A DNA stretch of 64,000 nt, from positions 1 to 64,000 of the IMG/VR virus record IMGVR_UViG_3300020577_008610; one strand, 5' to 3'. Under the pieces are notes generated by a model. It was not told where the DNA came from. It saw nothing but the letters and a program-made list of their open reading frames with translations, and made no database searches. Each line of letters starts with the position of its first letter. The stretch's first letter is position 1. A program made the position numbers and the translations under genes. Shown here one piece after another: positions 56,912 to 64,000 of the stretch. Source of the stretch: a virus (Duplodnaviria > Caudoviricetes).

Positions 56912-57423
56912 TATTCGGTGCCTTCTAGGTGCCACCCCTTGTGGTATAGTCGTTTGCCGTGAAGCACCGAACGAAGATTGCTAGGCTCCAAATGATGAAT
57001 GGCAGCAAACCCAACCAGATTGTCTATTCTGGTGAACTTTTCTCCTGTTGGTGATACTAGCACGAAGCCCTCGTACACTTTCCTTCTATACGTATTCCCA
57101 AGATGAGCTTTTCGAAGTTTGGCTTTGGTTTCAGGAGAGTGATGCCGTCCAAGCATCGGATGGACTTCACCTTTCCGGTCTACTGCTCCAAATTCAGTAG
57201 CAGGAGAGTTATGTTTCCCCTGAAGAGAAGAACTTATCTTCTGCTTGGTTTCCGGAGAATGTTGATGCCCCATTTGTTGTTGACGAATAAGGTTTTTTTG
57301 TGTCGTTCGAATGAGTTCGACCAAACCAGTGACTTGCTTCTCCTGTCATCCCCTTTGACCAAGGTACATGTCCCCTCTGAAATTGACCAACCTTGATGGC
57401 TTCATTCGTCGTTGAATTTCATG
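56911..57423 (-). pseudogene. Frameshifted NUMOD3-repeat homing-endonuclease-derived gene
   Basis: ATACTTA motif then ATG. Upstream frame GQFQRGHVPWSKG...HWFGRTHSNDTK joins LIRQQQMGHQHSPETK across an A7 run. No nuclease domain. Confidence 0.7.
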
Positions 57424-57454
57424 AGTGTAAGTATGAGATGGAGGGTAGGCTTGG

Positions 57455-58270
57455 CTAACCTCTTGCCCATCCGCCAAATGCTATCGAATCTGTTCCGTAT
57501 TGTCCGGCATTCAAGCCGTAGTAACTCCACCCAGCAGCAGCAGATTTTTTGCCATAAGGCAAAAAGCTGTCACTTGTCTGGGCTCCCTTAGCAGCCAACT
57601 CCGCAATGGTGGAGTTAGTGTTTTGGAGTTTTTTGTCAATAGCGTAGGTCAAGGAGTCGTCAAAAGGAGCAAATCTTCTCTCGATGTCAGCTACATAAGA
57701 GTCTCTCCTTACGTTACCGAAATAATCTCCGCCTTCGTCCAAGAAGAATTTGGGATCCTTCGGAGGAGCAAGCTCAATGAATTGCTCGATTTGGTTGGAA
57801 GATCGGTAAATGTAAGAGTCGAAGTTGTTGCCGTCCTCAAGTTCGCCACGTGCTGCGTGGGCGTAAAAAGGCCCTTCATTGCTGTGTTTTCGGAAGGGGA
57901 TGGCAAGGGGCTCAATGACAGCTTCATTCTGTTGAAGCGGACCTTCGTTGAACTGAATGGGAATGGGGTAAGCTGCCCCTTGAGAAATGTAAGCTACTGG
58001 GTTAAACTTAGGGAGGTCCAGGAACTTACTTTCTAGCCCCAAAGGATTTTCCTGAATTGCACCCTGCATTTGTCCATAGGTTACAATGGAGACCGACCCA
58101 TCTGTATTCCCTGACCACATCTTGGGCTGAGTCCCCAGGAATCGGAAGCGGTCATTGATGATTTCTACTCCTTGGCGGTACTGATCCCATGCGGAGGTAT
58201 CGTAGCCGTTACGAGTGGGCCGTGGAGCCCGAACAGGGTAGCGTTGATCATCGAAGGGAGTAAATGGCAC
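57455..58270 (-). CDS. Hypothetical virion protein
   Basis: 271-aa ORF with GAGG SD, ending GTDSIAFGG. Confidence 0.55.
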   Translation of the reverse strand: MPFTPFDDQRYPVRAPRPTRNGYDTSAWDQYRQGVEIINDRFRFLGTQPKMWSGNTDGSVSIVTYGQMQGAIQENPLGLESKFLDLPKFNPVAYISQGAAYPIPIQFNEGPLQQNEAVIEPLAIPFRKHSNEGPFYAHAARGELEDGNNFDSYIYRSSNQIEQFIELAPPKDPKFFLDEGGDYFGNVRRDSYVADIERRFAPFDDSLTYAIDKKLQNTNSTIAELAAKGAQTSDSFLPYGKKSAAAGWSYYGLNAGQYGTDSIAFGGWARG

Positions 58271-58272
58271 AA

Positions 58273-58400
58273 TTAACCTCTTGTCCAGCCATGGTAAGAA
58301 GCATAGTTGCCTCTGGCCAAACCATAAATACCAGAACCCAACTTTTGTTCTCTAGCAAAACTGCCAAGTTCACAATTGGACCGCATGAAACCAGCGCAAA
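58273..58400 (-). pseudogene. Remnant of a homing endonuclease C-terminal DNA-binding domain
   Basis: LGSFAREQKLGSGIYGLARGNYASYHGWTRG* resembles NLVGFAAIHHL...VLHGKRLYHKGW of 56911. Confidence 0.5.
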
Positions 58401-58419
58401 TCAGAGAGGACGTTTTGTA

Positions 58420-61400
58420 TCAAAACCTTGCCAGTGAAGTCGCGAACTGCTGGAACAGGATGGTGTCCTTCAGGGCATGCCTCGTGCTGTCTCCAAGGTA
58501 CATATCGACAAACTGGTATTCCAGCTTGGGCCGTTCAAGCATGTGGCTCTCAATCACGAAGTTGGTTCCGAGGAACTTAGTCTTCCTTGGAAGCAACTGA
58601 GCAATGAATTGCCCAATATTTGTGTCAAACCACTTGTAGAACTCGAAAAAACTCTTCAGGTTTACTCGGTCTACAAGCCGGTTGAAGTAGATGTTCCGCA
58701 AGCTATCCAAGTCCGGATAATCTGGAGAGAAGATCAACTCTGGGTTGCCGATTACATTGTCCAGGATATCCAAGGTAGCGAAGATATTGATGATGTCCTG
58801 ATCCAAAGCATCCACAATCGAGAAGTCGATCGTGAACCGAGTGTTATCTTGTGGAATCTCTGAAGAATCCAGGGAGTAAATTGGGGCCACCTGGGCATAG
58901 GAACTGCTCAAAATGTTGTCGTGATTCTGAAATGACCGAACACGTACTTTGTCCGTGGTGGCACCCACATCAAATTTCGGAGACAACAGACTGTACTGGA
59001 AGAGTTGAGGTACGATCACGGAGCTAGTAGCCGGGAAGGACCCTGACCAATGAAGGTTGTTTTGGGAGAAGTCAGTGAGTTGAAGGAAGCCAGTGTTGCT
59101 GGAGGCCAACTCAACCTGATCCGAGCTAACATCCATACGAAGACGGCCAAAGGAGCCCGTCTGGTTGACTACAAAGTTGAAGTTAACCAAAGGGTTCTCA
59201 ACGCCCAAGGACTTGAAGTTTCTAACGTGCTCAGTCCATTCAGCCTGCGTCAGCGCCTTCGACCAAAAACGAAAATGACCAGCTCTTCCATCAAAGGCTG
59301 TTGAACGATAAAAAGAGTCAAGACTGCCCGTGTTGAGGTGAACAATTCCAGTTAGGATAGTTTCTAGCCCTATAGCAATAAAAGAACCCGAGGCATTCCC
59401 TGGAGCGCTTTTATTGCTCCAGGCTATGTTGTTAACGCTGCTTGTACCGATCTCATCAAAAAATGATGAGGTGACTTGCATAGTGGTGAGTTCCCCGGAA
59501 CTCTGCTTGGCTGCCCGAAGAAAGTAGGAAGAGGAGGCAGTAGAAGCAATTTCATCAGCTCTTTGGCGGCCAAATGAAATGTGCCATACGGATCCATCAA
59601 AAACGTCGACTGCAAGACTCATAGTCAAGATTGACGGAGTTCCAATATTGGGAGATACGGCAAAAGTAAGGCCACTATTCTGCGTTGCTAAAAGGTTGGC
59701 TACAACAAAACTTCCACTGATTGCACTTCCTGTTGTTTGCATCCTGGCAAGACTTTGGGTTACGCTAGACAAAGAAGAAGTGGTCGGAAAGCGGTATACA
59801 CCTTCAAAGGTCCAGGAACCAGAGGTGAACAAACCATCCCGAGGCTGATTTGAAATGCCATTCACAAAGGTGCCAACAGGCTGCGGGAAGCCACTTTCTG
59901 TCTCCAGGCGAGATCCTGAGAGGTAAGAAGACTGAATATGAGCACTACCAGAAAAATCGATGAGTGTGCTTGCTTCACTTCTATTCTCCCTTGCATTGGA
60001 AAGGTACCTAAAGCTAGGCCCACCAAACTCTCGAATCCTAAGGTTGTTGTCCGGTTCGATGCCAATAGAACGGATGAAGGTCTTAACCGAGTGAATTGTG
60101 CCCTTAGACTGGAGCACATCCTGGAGATTCAGGAGAACCCTTCTCCAAATTTGGTTCTGGATGTACTGCAACGAATAGTCGTTGGTGCTGATTTGGTTGT
60201 CGATGTTTTCAGCGTTGATGAACTGGGCAATCGAAGACCCGGTGAACAACGGAGGAAGCGTGATGCCGAACTTATCCGCAAATAGCTGGAGAAAAGCATC
60301 CGGAATAGTGTCTGTCGAGTCGTAGTCCAGGTGCAACAGATCCCCGAAAGCCTGGATGTACAACTTCATCTCGTCAAAGAACTTCGCCCAGGTGTACAAG
60401 AGCATCAGGATGACCTGAGTGTCGCCCAACTTGGCTGTGTCGGGAGTACTTCCTCCCGCAGCCAGGGCATCAATGATGGTTCCTTCCTCTGTGGTCAGGC
60501 CATCCTGATCTTGTCCTTGCAGGAGGTAATGTTTTGGGATAAGTCGATCAATTCTGTTTGGATTTACGCGGTCAAACTCTTCGGCTTGCTCAAGGAGGGA
60601 AGAATTTAGCTCCTCCAGGTCGGGGTGCAGAGGGAAAAGGACCGGGTTGTTGGCCAGTTTCTCATAGAGCATAGGAGAAGCTCCGGCAACTGAACCGGTA
60701 GCCACATTTCGAATACCACGATCAAAGGCCCAGGAGGATAGTGTGCCATGGAGGGAATTCCCCGAGTGATCGATCACCAAAGGGCTCTGGCTGCCAGAAG
60801 CCTCGTTGAATCGCATGTATAGCTTCAGGTCCTGTTGAGCAAACACATTCTTTTGCATGTATTCGTCCCGATTTTGTTGCGAACGGTTGACATGCCAGAT
60901 TCGAAGCTCATCAATGGCTCCGGAAAGAGTGTTCGAGCCGGTAAAAGATGGAATGGCCGAACCGGATCCAATAATGAGATCGGCTGAGTCCATGTTCATC
61001 AAGCCGATTTCAACCCCAGAGCTAGAGCTGTTGGAAAAAACACCGTTGACGTAGCCGAAGGCCTTGTTGACATTTGGCCTTCTGTCCCACACAAAAGCAA
61101 TGTGATTCCACTGACCTTTCGGAATGATCACATCTGTGACAACGCCGTAAGCTCCTGAAAGGAAACTAACCCCCACTCTACCAAGGGTTGTGGAACCTGT
61201 AGCAGCCAAAGAGACACCAAAACCATGAGTTCCGCTAACGGTCGAAGTGGCCAGCTTGTTGATCACGAAAGAGCTGGAGTTGGCTTGAGCCGGAAGGTAG
61301 AGCTGAAACTCGATGGTCATATCATTGGACCCAGGATTCAGGATGGACTGTCCAGTCAAGTTCCTGGAGATCCCAGGGTAAGTGACTCCGGCTACATCCT

Positions 61401-61854
61401 TGACGGTAACGTAGGTGCCGCTCAGGCCAGTTTCAGATGGTTTGGTGCCGCTTAGAAACAGGTAGGTTGTGCACTTCGGGAACTGGTCGTAGACGTACTT
61501 CTCGAAGCCTGTAAGGCTGTCAAGGAAAACTTCGAACTCGGCCTGAGTTCCGTCGAAAGGGAACTGATCGTACATTTTACGGAAGGCCACATTGGTCTTC
61601 ACGTGAGCTGAGTTGAAGAAGGTGTGATTTTCGAAGTTGTGCCAATCTACGTTGAGCTGCTGGGTACTCTTGATACCGTCTCCAGCCAAGTTATAACGGA
61701 ATGAACTAGAGTGGTCAAGAGCTGTAGAGGACAGAGTTTCGTAATCCACCTTGTGAAAGGTGTTAGAACCCATGTCGTTCTCAACCATCTGTCGGATCAC
61801 CGTAGGAGAAAACAAGACTGGTCTGTTCTGCCTTAGAGTTCTTGGATTTGGCAT
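58420..61854 (-). CDS. Large baseplate/tail protein with two LamG-like domains
   Basis: WNHIAF, GAIDELRIW, WHISF and FRFWSKAL. C-terminal VIESHMLERPK. Confidence 0.65.
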   Translation of the reverse strand: MPNPRTLRQNRPVLFSPTVIRQMVENDMGSNTFHKVDYETLSSTALDHSSSFRYNLAGDGIKSTQQLNVDWHNFENHTFFNSAHVKTNVAFRKMYDQFPFDGTQAEFEVFLDSLTGFEKYVYDQFPKCTTYLFLSGTKPSETGLSGTYVTVKDVAGVTYPGISRNLTGQSILNPGSNDMTIEFQLYLPAQANSSSFVINKLATSTVSGTHGFGVSLAATGSTTLGRVGVSFLSGAYGVVTDVIIPKGQWNHIAFVWDRRPNVNKAFGYVNGVFSNSSSSGVEIGLMNMDSADLIIGSGSAIPSFTGSNTLSGAIDELRIWHVNRSQQNRDEYMQKNVFAQQDLKLYMRFNEASGSQSPLVIDHSGNSLHGTLSSWAFDRGIRNVATGSVAGASPMLYEKLANNPVLFPLHPDLEELNSSLLEQAEEFDRVNPNRIDRLIPKHYLLQGQDQDGLTTEEGTIIDALAAGGSTPDTAKLGDTQVILMLLYTWAKFFDEMKLYIQAFGDLLHLDYDSTDTIPDAFLQLFADKFGITLPPLFTGSSIAQFINAENIDNQISTNDYSLQYIQNQIWRRVLLNLQDVLQSKGTIHSVKTFIRSIGIEPDNNLRIREFGGPSFRYLSNARENRSEASTLIDFSGSAHIQSSYLSGSRLETESGFPQPVGTFVNGISNQPRDGLFTSGSWTFEGVYRFPTTSSLSSVTQSLARMQTTGSAISGSFVVANLLATQNSGLTFAVSPNIGTPSILTMSLAVDVFDGSVWHISFGRQRADEIASTASSSYFLRAAKQSSGELTTMQVTSSFFDEIGTSSVNNIAWSNKSAPGNASGSFIAIGLETILTGIVHLNTGSLDSFYRSTAFDGRAGHFRFWSKALTQAEWTEHVRNFKSLGVENPLVNFNFVVNQTGSFGRLRMDVSSDQVELASSNTGFLQLTDFSQNNLHWSGSFPATSSVIVPQLFQYSLLSPKFDVGATTDKVRVRSFQNHDNILSSSYAQVAPIYSLDSSEIPQDNTRFTIDFSIVDALDQDIINIFATLDILDNVIGNPELIFSPDYPDLDSLRNIYFNRLVDRVNLKSFFEFYKWFDTNIGQFIAQLLPRKTKFLGTNFVIESHMLERPKLEYQFVDMYLGDSTRHALKDTILFQQFATSLARF

Positions 61855-63389
61855 TATGGAATCACCTTGAACCGGAATCCTTCACCTGTAATGAGGTAGT
61901 CATGTCCATTTTCAGTGATCTTGAATTCCAGTTCATAAACCACTTGAGCATCAAGGTCTGCCATGTACATGTCAAAATACATGCCAACTCCATCAGAAGA
62001 TACCTTTGTTGCCGTAGAGTGGAATGGGATAACCACCTCTCGGGAGAAAGCGTTGACCAATCTCCAGACCATCTGCTGGCAAATGAAAGACTTCACGGGC
62101 CTTGGCACATGGAAGGCTGGAAGCTCCGTGTTCCTATCCTGGACGAACACCCGAAGCCTTGCTACATCCGTGGAACCGTAGTCGGTCTTCAAATTTGTGA
62201 CATTAACCACAAAGTTCCTCTCAGTCACCACGTTTTCCTGGCTTTGAGGCAAAGAAAACTCCAAGAAAGCTCCGGAGCTGTACATGACCGTACCATCCAA
62301 ACTCTTCCAGTAAGACTGGAATGTAGCTTTCTTGTCAGTTCCGAGGTAGCTGGCAAGAGCTGCATCTGAACCTGGATCCAGGGTGACAGAGGCTTGGTAA
62401 TATCCCAAAAGTGGAAGATAACCAAGAAGGGAGGATTGGGAGCCGGTAAAGGAAGCTGAGAAGTAAGAGTAGCTTCCTGTCCTGTAAGTGATGGAAGCAG
62501 AGAAGTTCTGGAAGTACGAGGACGTGGTGATGGTGATGCTCTTGGAAGCTGCTAAAACCAACATCAAGCAGTTCGATCCTGTGACCTGACTTGCTCCTGA
62601 AACAAAATTGGTGTACTGTCCATTTACGGTTTTGTAGGTTCGGACAGTGTTGGCCTGACCGAATACCAACTGATTCCCATTGTCCTGAACAGAGTCAGAA
62701 AACTGGAAAATGAGCTTCGGATGCAATAGATTGTTGGTGGTATGCCGAGTGCCAAACCGCTTGACGAAGTAGCTGTTGGTGTCCTCTTCCAAGGATGCAC
62801 TGTATGTCAGTCTCCAACCGTAATCAGGCAACAACCCAACCAGAGTTGCAGATACGATGGAGGTCACATCCATCAAAAGGTCTTCATCTCCACGGAGGAA
62901 GGTCTGCTTCACCTCGTAGGACGTGAGGTAGTCAGAACCAGCCCCGCCAGCCCCCGTAACGGCCCAAGGAGAGGGCGTTCCGTTGGCGACCGAGGCTGTT
63001 ACCCAGTTGGCAGCATCGAGGTCCCTGAAGGCTTTTACGTCGCTCCCACGACCCTCATCCCAGGACTTGGACAGGGGGTTCAAAACGATGGTGAAGTTCG
63101 AAGGCGTGGTCTGGCCACCGTAGACATCCTTCAGGGAGAGGAAACATCGGAAGGACGGATCGGAGATGGAAACCTGTGAACCGGTAAGGGCTCGGATGGC
63201 TGAGAGGTCTGCCTGAACCAGAAGTCTGGATAGCTCAATGGTGGGAGTTGAACCTGAGCTGGTTTGGGACCAAATTTTGAAGAGGTCCAGGGTACCAGCT
63301 TGGCCGACATTGGACGTGGTGGAGCCCGAACCAGCAACGATCTTGTTTTGGACATATGTATCCTTAGCTATCGTAAGAAGTCTATACAT
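61854..63389 (-). CDS. Virion structural protein (baseplate)
   Basis: Likely start MYRLLTIAKDTY overlapping the endonuclease stop. SRLLVQ, LSKSWDEGRG and PKL motifs. Confidence 0.6.
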   Translation of the reverse strand: MYRLLTIAKDTYVQNKIVAGSGSTTSNVGQAGTLDLFKIWSQTSSGSTPTIELSRLLVQADLSAIRALTGSQVSISDPSFRCFLSLKDVYGGQTTPSNFTIVLNPLSKSWDEGRGSDVKAFRDLDAANWVTASVANGTPSPWAVTGAGGAGSDYLTSYEVKQTFLRGDEDLLMDVTSIVSATLVGLLPDYGWRLTYSASLEEDTNSYFVKRFGTRHTTNNLLHPKLIFQFSDSVQDNGNQLVFGQANTVRTYKTVNGQYTNFVSGASQVTGSNCLMLVLAASKSITITTSSYFQNFSASITYRTGSYSYFSASFTGSQSSLLGYLPLLGYYQASVTLDPGSDAALASYLGTDKKATFQSYWKSLDGTVMYSSGAFLEFSLPQSQENVVTERNFVVNVTNLKTDYGSTDVARLRVFVQDRNTELPAFHVPRPVKSFICQQMVWRLVNAFSREVVIPFHSTATKVSSDGVGMYFDMYMADLDAQVVYELEFKITENGHDYLITGEGFRFKVIP

Positions 63390-64000
63390 AACGCCACCTA
63401 AAGCCACCGGCTTTTTGTCGAAGTCCCACACAGCACTTTGAAATATTTGGCCTGCTGATGCCTAGTGTTCTAGCTGCTTCTTGAAGTGAAGCGAATGTGG
63501 CCAACAACTCACCATTCAGCGTAAGCTGTTGAACCTTCTTAAATTTCCCTTCGCTAATCCGAACGCACACATCTTTTGGCCTTTTACGCCCAGTGAGTGG
63601 ATTAGCAGACCCAACTACTCCCTTGTTCCAGGACGCTTTTCCTTTGTGGGTCTTACTCAGATTGGCCTTGTGTGATGCCGAGAATTTCATACCCATTCTC
63701 GATTGGGATTGTCGTTCCCGAGCTTCGTCAGACCACTTGGTACCCACCCCTCCATCTCCGCCTTTGGTACTGTTGTACCCATTGTGGTAGGTATCCAAAG
63801 TATCAATCCACCACTTTTCCCGCTCACAGCTTGTTGGTTCCGGGCAACTTTCAAGTATTTCAGCGTGAAAGTCTTCTTTTCCGTGTTTTCGAATAGCCCT
63901 AGCAAAATGGGTATCCAATCTACGTTTGAAGGCATCGTAGCAATGAACAGCCCAACGGGTAGACACCGGCCTTTTTGTTTTGCCAACGTACTTCTTGCCG
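63382..64000 (-). CDS. GIY-YIG homing endonuclease with NUMOD3/NUMOD1 (5' end outside window)
   Basis: Frame open to the window end: GKKYVGKT...R...H...AIRKHG..F...E.EKWWI...GYN...GGDG. Confidence 0.85.
   Translation of the reverse strand, partial: GKKYVGKTKRPVSTRWAVHCYDAFKRRLDTHFARAIRKHGKEDFHAEILESCPEPTSCEREKWWIDTLDTYHNGYNSTKGGDGGVGTKWSDEARERQSQSRMGMKFSASHKANLSKTHKGKASWNKGVVGSANPLTGRKRPKDVCVRISEGKFKKVQQLTLNGELLATFASLQEAARTLGISRPNISKCCVGLRQKAGGFRWRYV

Noticed and set aside
1251-63896. Numerous long antisense ORFs (for example 2325..3041, 27955..28770, 33077..33958, 37013..37783)
   Set aside because: Shadows of well-supported genes on the opposite strand, with no recognisable motifs.
1-64000. 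CRISPR array or long tandem repeats
   Set aside because: No regularly spaced direct repeats seen. The 23-bp repeat is dispersed over tens of kb.

Overview
A 64-kb segment of a large T4-like (myovirus-type, probably jumbo) phage genome, about 50% GC, mostly transcribed on the minus strand. Head module: neck proteins, major capsid protein, scaffold, prohead protease, portal and an intein-containing large terminase. Other modules: a long baseplate/tail block (38-63 kb) and a DNA-processing cluster (fused Mre11-Rad50/SbcDC, DenV-like glycosylase, N6-adenine methyltransferase, primase, RuvC-like resolvase, gp4/TnsA-like nuclease). An accessory island carries a one-piece tmRNA, an ATP-grasp ligase and a deaminase. 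Unusual points seen in the sequence: (1) a GroEL chaperonin split in its GDGTTT ATP-binding motif by a Pro-starting class 3 (WCT) intein, with a synonymously recoded duplicate of its 3' end just downstream; (2) late-promoter genes whose N-termini end in [ILV]-x-E sites, including two kinase-like proteins (one broken by an in-frame TGA at a Trp position) and a Dps/ferritin plus ADP-ribosyltransferase-like fusion with LTEA at both the N-terminus and the domain junction, suggesting head-packaged, protease-matured effectors; (3) a truncated capsid-protein paralogue right after the capsid gene; (4) strong [ST]-G-S enrichment in a subset of virion proteins; (5) a 23-bp dispersed intergenic repeat; (6) many decayed homing-endonuclease remnants. 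All calls come from motif recognition by eye; no database searches were run.
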